A stretch of DNA of 64,000 nucleotides, from contig JALFBM010000031.1 in the NCBI GenBank assembly GCA_022773425.1, positions 13,905 through 77,904 of the forward strand, given 5' to 3'. This document shows positions 1 to 9,307 of this stretch, piece by piece. The notes below the pieces were generated by a model, which saw only the letters and a list, made by a program, of their open reading frames with translations, was not told the DNA's origin and made no database searches. A program made the translations under genes and the position numbers. Source of the DNA: Selenomonadaceae bacterium (lineage in GTDB: Bacteria > Bacillota > Negativicutes > Selenomonadales > Selenomonadaceae). Position 1 is the first letter of the stretch; the number at the start of each line of letters is the position of its first letter.

Positions 1-1149
1 GACATCCGAGATCAGGATGTCCTTCGGGCCCATGACCTCCCGCACGTCGATGAGCGCGCGCTGCGGCTTTACCGGATAGCTGTTATCGTCCGCATAACCC
101 GTGTGCTCGGCCACCATGCGCGCACGGATGGCCAGAATCTCCTCGGGTTCCTTTGTCCGCGTCGTTGCCGAGCGGATGCGCTCGAGGGCGTCCCCGATAT
201 CGCCGACGACGCTGACCTCCGGCTGATAGTCGCGGTTGATATCGGCCGGCCGGCGGTCGATATGCAGGATCCGCGTGCCCGGCGTAAACCATTTCGACGG
301 CGCGTACTCGATGATGTCGTAGCCGACCGCGATGACGAGGTCGGCTTTTTCGAGCACGCGCGTCTGATAGTCTGCCATCGGGATGCCGACCGTCCAGAGC
401 GCGTAGGGGCTCGTGAACGGGATCGCACCCTTTGCCATCATCGTGTTCACGACCGGGAGCTTGAGCTCCTCGGCAAAGCGCGTGAGCTCCGGCGCCGCCC
501 CGCTGCGGATCAGGCTCGCGCCGGCGAGGATGACCGGGTTCTCGGCCTTCTCAATCAGCGCGGATGCCTTCCGGATGGCATTTTCCGTCGCGTACTCGAC
601 CGGCTGATGCTGCGGCAGCAGGGGCCGCTCTCCTTTCCGGACCGGCATTTTCGCGACATTGACCGGCAGGTCGATAAACGTCGCGCCGGATTTTTCCTGC
701 TCGGCGTATTTGAACGCGAGCCGCACGATTTCCGCCATTGAATCCGGATGAACGACTGTATAGGCGCGCCGCGTAATCGGCTCAAACATCGCGCGCAGGT
801 CGAGATATTGATGCGCCGTGATATGCATGCGGTCGCTGTGCACCTGCCCGGAAATCGCGACGAGCGGCGCACCGTCGCTGTCCGCGTCCGCGACGCCCGT
901 GATCAGGTTCGTCGCGCCCGGGCCGAGCGTCGACAGACAGACCCCGGCCTTGCCCGTCAAGCGCCCGTAGACGTCCGCCATGAAGGCCGCGCCCTGCTCG
1001 TGCCGCACCGTGATGAAGCGGATGGAGGAGTCCTTCAGCGCCTCGAGCACCGCGAGATTCTCCTCTCCGGGGATGCCGAAGATGCAGCGCACGCCCTCGG
1101 CCTCCAGGCATTCCACCAGAAGCTCCGCCGTATTCTTTTCCTGACCCAT
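1..1149 (-). CDS. Thiamine-diphosphate-dependent acetolactate synthase-like enzyme (N-terminal 383 aa; 3' end runs off the window)
   Basis: Absent from the ORF track because it has no in-window stop. Reverse reading from ATG 1149..1147 gives MGQEKNTAELLVECLEAEGVRCIFGIPGEENLAVLEALKDSSIRFITVRHEQGAAFMADVYGR..., the AlsS/IlvB-type TPP enzyme N-terminal domain. The frame stays open to position 1. It lies 12 nt downstream of the hutD-like stop. Confidence 0.8.
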   Translation of the reverse strand, partial: MGQEKNTAELLVECLEAEGVRCIFGIPGEENLAVLEALKDSSIRFITVRHEQGAAFMADVYGRLTGKAGVCLSTLGPGATNLITGVADADSDGAPLVAISGQVHSDRMHITAHQYLDLRAMFEPITRRAYTVVHPDSMAEIVRLAFKYAEQEKSGATFIDLPVNVAKMPVRKGERPLLPQHQPVEYATENAIRKASALIEKAENPVILAGASLIRSGAAPELTRFAEELKLPVVNTMMAKGAIPFTSPYALWTVGIPMADYQTRVLEKADLVIAVGYDIIEYAPSKWFTPGTRILHIDRRPADINRDYQPEVSVVGDIGDALERIRSATTRTKEPEEILAIRARMVAEHTGYADDNSYPVKPQRALIDVREVMGPKDILISDV

Positions 1150-1161
1150 GATATCATCCTT

Positions 1162-1734
1162 TCATTTCCGCTGTACGGCAGCATGTATGAGCTGCGCATC
1201 GTCCGTCCTGCCCTGCCGGATCCGCGTGATGCCCGGCCGCTCCAGATGCAACAGGCTCCCCTCCATCAGATGGATGTTCTCGTGCCGGGTGTCGAGGAAG
1301 AAATCGCCGCGATACGCGTAGTAGAAATCCTCCTCCGCCCCGTCCAGAAGGCAAGGAAAGTTATCCAGCGCTTCCAGCGCGACCTCAAACGGCGCGTCCT
1401 TCGCCCACATGACGTTGAAGTCCTGGCACCGGCCGCGGCTGATCGTCTTTGCGCCGCCATCGAAGAAATCCGTCTGGAATGGCAGGAGCGCAATCGGCTG
1501 CTCCTCGTCATGCGTCAGCTGGACAGGAGCGGAAAGCGGCATCAGCACGCGATGGAACGCGGGCAGCGGCGTAAAGGTCGATTCGTCCGTTTCCACCGTC
1601 GCCGAGCTCAACCGCAGGGTGAAGTCCCTCGCGGCGTAGTCCGCCGCTCCGCCCGCGATATAGAGCTCGCGCGTCTGTCCGCCCGACCACTGCGCGACCG
1701 GCTGATTTTCCAGCGGGATGATCTGTATCTTCAT
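1162..1734 (-). CDS. hutD: HutD/Ves-family protein
   Basis: 190-aa ORF. MKIQIIPLENQPVAQWSGGQTRELY fits the HutD N-terminal W-x-GG-x-T-x-E pattern as I recall it. The start overlaps the hutI stop (ATGA at 1731-1734). Confidence 0.55.
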   Translation of the reverse strand: MKIQIIPLENQPVAQWSGGQTRELYIAGGAADYAARDFTLRLSSATVETDESTFTPLPAFHRVLMPLSAPVQLTHDEEQPIALLPFQTDFFDGGAKTISRGRCQDFNVMWAKDAPFEVALEALDNFPCLLDGAEEDFYYAYRGDFFLDTRHENIHLMEGSLLHLERPGITRIRQGRTDDAQLIHAAVQRK

Positions 1735-3029
1735 GATGCTGCCCCCTCGTAAACGATGGCGCCGTCCTTCAGCACGGCCTGCACCAGGCTGAGGCCCGTC
1801 TTATAGGAAAGATACCGGTAGTCCGGCGCGTCGAGCAATACGATGTCGCCGCGCTTCCCGGGCTCGATGCTGCCGATCTCCTCGGCCCGTCCGACGGCCG
1901 CGGCCGCGTTCAGCGTGACTGCCGTCAGCGCCTCGGCCGCCGTCATGTGCATGGCGATGACTGCCAGCGCGAAGACGAGCGGCAACGAATACGTATAGCA
2001 GCTGCCCGGGTTGTCATCGCTCGCGAGCGCGACGGCTGCTCCGCTGTCGATAAGCTTGCGCGCGGGCGCATAGGGCATCCGCATGCAAAACGCCGTCGCC
2101 GGCAGCAGTACCGCAACCGTCTGCCCTGTGGCGAGCTCCCGAATGCCCGCCTCGCTGACCGACAGCAGATGATCGGCGCTGACCGCGCGGAGCTCGGCCG
2201 CGAGCTCCGCGCCGCCCGTGCTGCTCATCTCGTCCGCATGCAATTTCAGCATAAAGCCGAGATCCCGCGCTTTTTCGAGAATCTTTCGCGCTTCGCCGGT
2301 CGTGAACACACCCGTCTCACAAAACACATCGACGAAATCCGCCAGCCCCTGTTCCCGCACGAGCGGCAGCATTTCCCGGCAGATGAAGTCCACATAGTCC
2401 CCGGAGCGCCCCTGATACTCCGGCGGCACGGCGTGCGCGCCGAGATACGTGGGGACGACCGTCGCCGGCGTCTCTTGGTCAAGGCGCCGCAGTACGCGCA
2501 GAAGACGCAGCTCGGTCTCGCGGTCGAGGCCATAGCCGCTTTTCCCCTCGACCGTCGTGATGCCGAGCGCCAGCATCGCCCGCAGCGTCTTTTCCCCCGC
2601 CGCAAAAAGCGCGTCCTCGTCCATCGCCCGCGTCGCGCGCATCGTCGCGACGATGCCGCCGCCACGCTTCAGAAGTTCCAAATAGGGGACGCCTGCCAGG
2701 CGGTCATCAAATTCCTGCGCACGCGCACCGCCGAACAGAAAATGCGTGTGCGGATCGATAAAGCCAGGCACCGCACATTTCCCTTTGCCGTCCAGCACGA
2801 TGGTCTCCTGCTGCGGGCTGCCGGAAAGCGCCAGCCGCACCGCATCACACGCCGCCGCTGCCTCGCTCAGCACCGCCTCCTCTTTGCCTGCCGCACGGAT
2901 CACGCCGTCCTCGATCCATACCGCCGCGCCAGAGGTGATGGAAAGCTCTCTCATCGCCCCGCCGTGCCGCGCGCTCCTTCCCGTCGGTGTCGCGAGCTGC
3001 GCGATCCCCCGGATGATCGTCTCCTGCAT
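1731..3029 (-). CDS. hutI: Imidazolonepropionase
   Basis: Amidohydrolase fold with PGFIDPHTHFLFGG, KLHADE and ASDDNPGS motifs, in a hut neighbourhood. Start moved to ATG 3029 (MQETIIRG); the ORF-track start at 3080 is an upstream extension. Confidence 0.9.
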   Translation of the reverse strand: MQETIIRGIAQLATPTGRSARHGGAMRELSITSGAAVWIEDGVIRAAGKEEAVLSEAAAACDAVRLALSGSPQQETIVLDGKGKCAVPGFIDPHTHFLFGGARAQEFDDRLAGVPYLELLKRGGGIVATMRATRAMDEDALFAAGEKTLRAMLALGITTVEGKSGYGLDRETELRLLRVLRRLDQETPATVVPTYLGAHAVPPEYQGRSGDYVDFICREMLPLVREQGLADFVDVFCETGVFTTGEARKILEKARDLGFMLKLHADEMSSTGGAELAAELRAVSADHLLSVSEAGIRELATGQTVAVLLPATAFCMRMPYAPARKLIDSGAAVALASDDNPGSCYTYSLPLVFALAVIAMHMTAAEALTAVTLNAAAAVGRAEEIGSIEPGKRGDIVLLDAPDYRYLSYKTGLSLVQAVLKDGAIVYEGAAS

Positions 3030-3132
3030 AAGCGTCACGCCTTTCTTCCCAAATCTCTGGATATAGAGAAACGGCTGCACCTCACGTGCACCCGTTTCCT
3101 TTATTCCCGCGCTTTCCTAGCCTAGGCGGATA

Positions 3133-5139
3133 TCAGAACAGCTTCGCCACTTCTTTTTTCACCAGCTCGTCATCGGCAAGGCACGGCTCCGTAACGTGCG
3201 CACTCTGTGCGAAATCTTCATTAAATTTCTGAATGGTCTCCATCGAATGCGCGTTCCTCGCCCAGCTGCGGCGCGCGACACCGCTGATGACATCCCAGAG
3301 CAGGGCGCTCTTGATGATGTTGTCGACGCGCTCGCTGCCGTCCAGTACGAGGCCAAAGCCGCCGTTGACGGACTTGCCGATACCGACGCCGCCGCCGTTG
3401 TGCAGAGCACAGAGGCTCATGCCGCGCGCTGCGTTGCCGGCGAAGCACTGCACCGCCATATCCGCCATGACGTTGCTGCCGTCCTTGATGTTCGCGGTCT
3501 CGCGGAACGGCGAATCCGTGCCCGAGACATCGTGATGATCGCGGCCCATCATCACGGGGCCGATCTTGCCCTCGCGCACGAGCTCGTTGAACTTCAGCGC
3601 GATGCGGATGCGCCCCTCGGCATCCTGATAGAGGATGCGCGCCTGCGTGCCGACGACGAGGTTGTTCTTCTCCGCGTCGCGGATCCAGTTGTAGTTGTCG
3701 CGGTCCTGGTAGCGGCGGTTCGTATCGATGCAGCTCATCGCCGCCTTATCCGTCTCGATGAGATCCTCATGCTTGCCGGACAGGCAGACCCAGCGGAACG
3801 GGCCATAGCCGTAATCGAACAGCTGCGGGCCCATGATGTCCTCGACGTACGACGGCAGCGTGAAGCCGTCCTTATCGTCGACGCCATTCTTGGAGAGCTC
3901 CTTGACGCCAGCATCGTAGACCGCCTTCAGGAACGAATTGCCGTAGTCGAAGAAATACGTGCCGTCCCTGACGCAGGTCATGATGAGCTCGTACTGATGG
4001 CGCAGGCTCTTGTTGACGAGCTGCACGAACTGCCCACGGTCCTCCGCGAGCATCTTCGTGCGTTCCTCAAACGTCAGGCCCTGCGGGCAGTAGCCGCCTT
4101 CATAGGCCGCGTGACAGGAAGTCTGGTCGCTCATGAGATCGACGTGGATATGGTTCTTGACGACGTATTCGAGCAGGTCGACGATGTTGCCGTGATAGGC
4201 GATCGACGTCGCGGTCTTTGCCGCGAGGTGCTGCTTTGCCGAGGCGAAGACCTCGTCGAGGCTGTCATAGCATTCGCTGCACCAGCCCTGGTCGAGACGC
4301 GTCTGAATGCGTGACATATCGACCTCAGCGATGACGCCGACCGCGTGTGCGATTTCCGCTGCTTTCGGCTGCGCGCCGCTCATGCCGCCCATGCCCGAGC
4401 TCACGAACAGATGTCCCGCGAGGTTGCCGTCCTCCGGTACGCCGAGATGCATGCGGCCGGCATTCAGGAGCGTGTTGTACGTGCCGTGCACGATGCCCTG
4501 CGGCCCGATGTACATCCAGCCGCCGGCCGTCATCTGGCCGTAGTTTGCGACGCCCATTTCCTCGGCGATCTCCCAGTCCTTCGGATTATCGAATTCGCCG
4601 ACCATCAACGCGTTCGTGATGATGACGCGCGGGGCCGTCGGCTTCGACGGGAACAGGCCGAGCGGATTGCCGCTTTCCATGACGAGCGTCTGGTGATCCG
4701 TCATGACCTCGAGATACTTCTTGATCAGGCGGTACTGCAGCCAGTCATGGCAGACGCTGCCCGTCTCGCCATAGGTCACCAGTTCATACGGATACAGGCC
4801 GACCTCGAAGTCCAGGTTGTTGTCGATCATGACCTGGAAGGCCTTGCCCTCAAGACAATTGCCCTTGTACTCGTCGATTGGCTTGCCGTAGATGCGCCCT
4901 GCCGGACGGTAGCGGTACGCATAGATCCGGCCATACGTCTTGAGCTCCTGCAGGAATTCCGGAATGAGTTTTTCATGCAGACTCGGGTCGACATAGCGGA
5001 GCGCGTTCTTGAGCGCGGTCTCCGTCTGCGCCTGCGTCAAGTGAAACCCGCGGGATGGAGCGCGGCGGATGCCTGGTACAAAAGCCGGCATCTCCGGATA
5101 CTCCGTGATCGGTGGAATGCAAAATGGCTGTGCTTTCAT
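3133..5139 (-). CDS. hutU: Urocanate hydratase (long ~670-aa form)
   Basis: 668-aa ORF with YGETGSVCHDWLQY and GQMTAGGWMYIGPQGIVHGTYNT. A TAGGAG RBS precedes ATG 5139. Thiourocanate-type specificity cannot be excluded from sequence alone. Confidence 0.9.
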   Translation of the reverse strand: MKAQPFCIPPITEYPEMPAFVPGIRRAPSRGFHLTQAQTETALKNALRYVDPSLHEKLIPEFLQELKTYGRIYAYRYRPAGRIYGKPIDEYKGNCLEGKAFQVMIDNNLDFEVGLYPYELVTYGETGSVCHDWLQYRLIKKYLEVMTDHQTLVMESGNPLGLFPSKPTAPRVIITNALMVGEFDNPKDWEIAEEMGVANYGQMTAGGWMYIGPQGIVHGTYNTLLNAGRMHLGVPEDGNLAGHLFVSSGMGGMSGAQPKAAEIAHAVGVIAEVDMSRIQTRLDQGWCSECYDSLDEVFASAKQHLAAKTATSIAYHGNIVDLLEYVVKNHIHVDLMSDQTSCHAAYEGGYCPQGLTFEERTKMLAEDRGQFVQLVNKSLRHQYELIMTCVRDGTYFFDYGNSFLKAVYDAGVKELSKNGVDDKDGFTLPSYVEDIMGPQLFDYGYGPFRWVCLSGKHEDLIETDKAAMSCIDTNRRYQDRDNYNWIRDAEKNNLVVGTQARILYQDAEGRIRIALKFNELVREGKIGPVMMGRDHHDVSGTDSPFRETANIKDGSNVMADMAVQCFAGNAARGMSLCALHNGGGVGIGKSVNGGFGLVLDGSERVDNIIKSALLWDVISGVARRSWARNAHSMETIQKFNEDFAQSAHVTEPCLADDELVKKEVAKLF

Positions 5140-5187
5140 GATGCAAACATCTCCTATGCATATCTTGCGATATCATGCTGTCGCTTG

Positions 5188-6522
5188 TTATCTCTCTTCC
5201 AGGTGCCGCATGGTCGCGCGGATTTTCCCGAGCAGTTCCGGTTCGCCAAGGCGGACCAGTCGGCCCTCTCTCACCGTGTCCTCGCCGTTGACCACCACGC
5301 GGTCAATCGCCGTCGGCTGCAGCGCGTAGATCAGGTTCGGCAGGAACTGCCCGTTGCCGGATAGCGGCTGCATGGAAAGGTCGTCGAGATTCACGCCGAC
5401 GAAATCCGCCATGCACCCGGGCTCTATGGCGCCGACCGGCAGGTCGAGCGCCTTCGCGCCATTCACCGTGCCCATATCCATCGCGTCCCGGTAGTTGACG
5501 CAGAGCGCGTCAAGCGTCTTTGCCTTCTGCAGGATCGGTGCCATGCGCATTTCTTCGAACACGCTGTTGCGGTTGTTGCCGCAGGCGCCATCGCTGCCAA
5601 GCGCCACGGGAACCTTCGCCCGCAGGAACGCGGGAATATCCGTGATGCCGTCGGCGAGGAACATATTGCTCGACGGACAGTAAATCAGATGCCCGCCTTT
5701 CGCGCCGAGCGTCCGGATCTCGTCCGGCGTCAGCCAAACACCGTGGATGATGGCGAGGTGCTCGTCCACGACGCCAAGTTCGTCGAGGTACGCCAGCGGC
5801 GTCATCCCGTATTTTTTCTGCACCTGCTCGACCTCGAACCGCTCCTCCGACACGTGGATGTGCATCGGCGTGTGGTATTTCACCGCGAGCGCGTGCCCTG
5901 CCTCGACCATTTCCGACGAGGCCGCGTGCAGGCTGTGCGGCGCCGGGATGACCTTGGCCATGCCGCCCGGATACTGCTTCATGAGGCTGTCGGTGTTGGC
6001 CTCCGCCTGCGCAACGCTCTCCACGTATCCCGCCGGGGCGCCGTCCCAGTCGTACATCGTGCGGGCGAGCACGAGGCGGATGCCGAGGTCATGCGCCGCA
6101 CGGATGACGGCCTCGTCCCCTGCCGTACCGTCGTTATGCAGGTAGAAGAAGTCACAGACCGTCGTCGCGCCGCATTTCATCATCTCCGCAAAGGAGAACA
6201 ACGCGCCCGTGTAGATATCCTCCGGCCTGAGCCGCGGGGAATACTTGTACAGGGACTCATCACGCCAGGTCAAAAACGGCTTGTCCGCCGCGATACCGCG
6301 GAGCAGACTCTGAAAGCTGTGGTTATGCGCGTTGACCGTGCCCGGGACGAGGGCGAGCCGCTCCCATCGCTCCGGCGCGAGTTCGGGATTCGCTTGTTCC
6401 AGAGCAGCCGCCGGTCCGACGGCCTTGATTTTCCCGCCCTTCGTCAACACGGCAAAATCCTTCTGCGCCGCGCCTGCGGTAAAGCAGAGCGCCGGCTCGA
6501 TCAGACGTCTTTTTTCCGTCAT
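5188..6522 (-). CDS. Amidohydrolase-superfamily deiminase, formimidoylglutamate deiminase (HutF)-like
   Basis: 444 aa with the metal motif PGTVNAHNHSFQSLLRG, plus HIHVSEE and GSDG. Length and hut context fit HutF. The substrate is not decidable by eye. Confidence 0.55.
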   Translation of the reverse strand: MTEKRRLIEPALCFTAGAAQKDFAVLTKGGKIKAVGPAAALEQANPELAPERWERLALVPGTVNAHNHSFQSLLRGIAADKPFLTWRDESLYKYSPRLRPEDIYTGALFSFAEMMKCGATTVCDFFYLHNDGTAGDEAVIRAAHDLGIRLVLARTMYDWDGAPAGYVESVAQAEANTDSLMKQYPGGMAKVIPAPHSLHAASSEMVEAGHALAVKYHTPMHIHVSEERFEVEQVQKKYGMTPLAYLDELGVVDEHLAIIHGVWLTPDEIRTLGAKGGHLIYCPSSNMFLADGITDIPAFLRAKVPVALGSDGACGNNRNSVFEEMRMAPILQKAKTLDALCVNYRDAMDMGTVNGAKALDLPVGAIEPGCMADFVGVNLDDLSMQPLSGNGQFLPNLIYALQPTAIDRVVVNGEDTVREGRLVRLGEPELLGKIRATMRHLEER

Positions 6523-7778
6523 TTCGGCAGCCTCCCATCCAAAAGTAACACCGCATCCAGCATGGTCTGTGCGGCAATCGCGACGGATTTCTCCGGCGCC
6601 GCCTCCTGCGGGCAGTGACTGTACCCATCGACCGTCGATACGAACAGCATACCCGCCTTCGTGACGCGTGCCAGGTTCGCCGCATCATGGCCAGCCATAC
6701 TCACGAGCTCGCGCCGCGGCTCATGCAGTGCCTCGGCCGCATCGCCGATGGCCTCGATGACCTCGCCTGCCATCGGCATCTCCGCCTGGTCGAGGTTCAA
6801 TTTACGCTCGATGACGACGCCGCGCGCCTGTTCTATTCCGCGGACGGCTTCGCCAAAATGCGCGAGCGCCGCAGCCCGCGTCTTAGGATTCGCCGTGCGC
6901 AGGTCAAGCGTCAGCATGACCTGCGCCGGCACGATGTTCGACGCGTTCGGCTGCGCCTGAATATGCCCGACCGTCGCCGCGAGATCCGGCGCCCCCCGCA
7001 TTAGATCCTCGACGGCAAGCACGATATCGGACGCCGCCGCAAGGGCGTCGCGCCGGTTCTCGAGCTGCGTAGTCCCCGCGTGGTTGGCCTCTCCGTGTAC
7101 GTAGAGGATCTCGCGGTAAATCCCGGTGATGCAGGTGACCGCGGCGATGTGCTCGCCGGCGTCGTAGAGGCGACGCCCCTGCTCGATATGACATTCGAGG
7201 AAGGCGGCGAGCCTGCCCTTCTCGAGCCGCGCGTCCTCGGCCACGCGGTGGATGTCGCCGCCGAGGCGGGCGATGGCCGTCTCCAGCGTCTCCCCCGTCA
7301 CGCGGTTTCGGATCTGCTCGAGATCTTTTTCCACGAGCCGCCCGCATAGCACCTTCGAGCCAAGCGTCGACACGGAAAAATCGCTCGGTTCCTCACCGGT
7401 CATAGACAGCGTCCAAACCGGATGCCGGAGCGCTGCCCCGTTCTCGAGGAGCGTCTGCACGACCTCCGTCGCCATCAGCACGCCGAGTGCGCCGTCATAG
7501 GCGCCGCCGTTCGGCACGGTATCGTGATGCGAGCCGAGTACAATCGGTTTCCCCGCCGCGGCGCCACAGGGCTTCCCCCATAGGTTCGCTATGGCATCGG
7601 TATGTACACCGAGCCCGATGTTTTCCCAAAGGGCCTTGAGCCAGGCGCGCGCCTCGCTGTCCGCCGGGCTCGCGAGCTGGCGGTCGATGCCGCCCGCCGC
7701 GTTCCGCCCGATTTTCGCAAGCTCCCTGAGCTTCTCCTGCAGGCGCGCCGCATTCACGCGCAGACGATTTCCGGCCAT
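6519..7778 (-). CDS. M20-family Zn amidohydrolase (N-carbamoyl-L-amino-acid hydrolase / allantoate amidohydrolase type)
   Basis: Motifs LGSHHDTVPNGGAYDGALGV, MTGEEPS and HGEANHAGTT. Start set to ATG 7778, 8 nt after AAAGGAG. The stop overlaps the next start (ATGA 6519-6522). Confidence 0.75.
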   Translation of the reverse strand: MAGNRLRVNAARLQEKLRELAKIGRNAAGGIDRQLASPADSEARAWLKALWENIGLGVHTDAIANLWGKPCGAAAGKPIVLGSHHDTVPNGGAYDGALGVLMATEVVQTLLENGAALRHPVWTLSMTGEEPSDFSVSTLGSKVLCGRLVEKDLEQIRNRVTGETLETAIARLGGDIHRVAEDARLEKGRLAAFLECHIEQGRRLYDAGEHIAAVTCITGIYREILYVHGEANHAGTTQLENRRDALAAASDIVLAVEDLMRGAPDLAATVGHIQAQPNASNIVPAQVMLTLDLRTANPKTRAAALAHFGEAVRGIEQARGVVIERKLNLDQAEMPMAGEVIEAIGDAAEALHEPRRELVSMAGHDAANLARVTKAGMLFVSTVDGYSHCPQEAAPEKSVAIAAQTMLDAVLLLDGRLPK

Positions 7779-7826
7779 GAGCATCGCTCCTTTCTCTTGC
7801 CGCTGCCCGATGTTCCCCATCAAGGA

Positions 7827-8837
7827 TCAGAGATACGAACCGTCAAGCACATCCTCCGGCGCGACCGGCTTATCGATCAGCTTCAGCTCCGTCCAAAGAT
7901 CCGATGCCATCTTCGCTACCTTGTAGAAATCGCCGGGGTTCTCCTTCGTGCCGAAATACTTCTTGTTGCCCTCTTCGTCGTAAAACGTGACGTCCTGCAG
8001 CTCGCTCTTGACGTTCTCCGGCTTCTCACCGAGATGCTTCGCGATGATATCGATGGCCTCGTCCGGATGTTCCTTCAGGAACCGGATGGCGTCATACCAT
8101 GCGGCCGTAATGCCCTTTACTGCCTCCGGATGCGCCTGGATGAAGTCCTTGCGCATCGCGAACGTATCGACGATGATGCCCGGGGTCGCCTTGCTGTCCA
8201 TCAGCGTATGCCCGAAATCGGTCTTCGAGGCCTTCGAGAGCCACGGCTGCCACGTGATGGCGGCGTCGACCTTGCCCGCGACGAACGCCGCACCGGCATC
8301 GCCAGCCGCCATGTTCTGTACATCAAAGTCCTTGATGCTCATGCCCTTCTGATGAAGTAGATACTGGAACCAGAAGAAATCCGCGCCACCGGTCGTATCC
8401 AGCGCGACCTTCTTCCCCTTCAGATCTTCCAGGGAATTGTACTCCTTCTTCGCGATAATGCCATCGCCGCCAGAGGACGTATCGAGCGCCAGGACACAGG
8501 CGAGGTCGATGCCGCTGCTCGCGTTGACAATCTGCGTATCGATCGTCGTCGACACGCCCTGAATGCGTCCCGCGGCGAGCGCGCTCTTGCTGTCCGCCTT
8601 GGACTCAATCGACTGAACCTCGACATTGACGCCATGATCCTTGAAAAAGCCCTTATCCTCCGCGATATAGAACGGCGCAAAGCCGATCCACGACGCCTGC
8701 CCGATGATGATTTTATCGCCCGCGCCGGACGAGCTGCTGCTCGTAGCAGCCTGCTTCGTGCCGCCGCAGCCAGCTGCCACGGCCACAAGTGCTGCCGACA
8801 GGGTAACGGCGAAAACTTTCTTCCAAAATGCTTTCAT
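7827..8837 (-). CDS. ABC transporter substrate-binding lipoprotein, NitT/TauT (NMT1/THI5-like) family, copy 1
   Basis: Lipobox (LVAVAAGCGG) and an NMT1-like core (WIGFAPFYIAEDKGFF...VALDTTGGADFFW). Start at ATG 8837 (MKAFWKK) after AGAGGGGGG. Confidence 0.8.
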   Translation of the reverse strand: MKAFWKKVFAVTLSAALVAVAAGCGGTKQAATSSSSSGAGDKIIIGQASWIGFAPFYIAEDKGFFKDHGVNVEVQSIESKADSKSALAAGRIQGVSTTIDTQIVNASSGIDLACVLALDTSSGGDGIIAKKEYNSLEDLKGKKVALDTTGGADFFWFQYLLHQKGMSIKDFDVQNMAAGDAGAAFVAGKVDAAITWQPWLSKASKTDFGHTLMDSKATPGIIVDTFAMRKDFIQAHPEAVKGITAAWYDAIRFLKEHPDEAIDIIAKHLGEKPENVKSELQDVTFYDEEGNKKYFGTKENPGDFYKVAKMASDLWTELKLIDKPVAPEDVLDGSYL

Positions 8838-8876
8838 GATGAATACCCCCCTCTGGGAAATACAAAAACGATCCAT

Positions 8877-9293
8877 TCAATCCATGAGGCACAGCGTGCC
8901 CGTCTCCACATTGAGGTCAGCGGACTTGCCATCCAGTTTCCCGCTCGCCGCGGCCTGGTAAAATTCCTCCGGCATGCGGTTCACGAGCGGCAGATCGAAG
9001 ATGATCGCGCTCGCTGCCAGCGTCGTATCCGCATCGCGGACGATGATGGCAGCGGGGCCCTTGCCCGTGAGCTTCAGCTGGTACATGCCGTCCGCCTGGA
9101 CGACGGAACTGCCCTTGCCATACGGGAAGACGAGGATTTTCCCCGTCACGCACTGCCCGTAAAGGCAATGCTGCTTCTCGATGATCTTCCCGGTTTTCGG
9201 GTCGATCAAATAAAAGCAAATCGGATCCTCCGAATAAAGAAGCTCGCCGGACGCCTTTCCACCGGCAATTTTATGGCAGGAAAAAGTTTTCAT
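8877..9293 (-). CDS. Aconitase X small (swivel, DUF126) subunit
   Basis: 138 aa from ATG 9293 (MKTFSCHKIAGGKASGELLY); GKILVFPYGKGSSV and PAAIIV fit DUF126. A GGAGG RBS is present. The ORF-track start at 9446 overlaps the upstream gene. 0-nt gap to the binding-protein start region. Confidence 0.75.
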   Translation of the reverse strand: MKTFSCHKIAGGKASGELLYSEDPICFYLIDPKTGKIIEKQHCLYGQCVTGKILVFPYGKGSSVVQADGMYQLKLTGKGPAAIIVRDADTTLAASAIIFDLPLVNRMPEEFYQAAASGKLDGKSADLNVETGTLCLMD

Positions 9294-9307
9294 CCGAATT
9301 CCTCCTC

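Noticed and set aside
103-1752. Plus-strand ORFs 103..741 and 748..1752
   Set aside because: They are antisense to the ALS-like gene (open to the window edge) and to hutD. They have no motifs and an Arg-rich composition.
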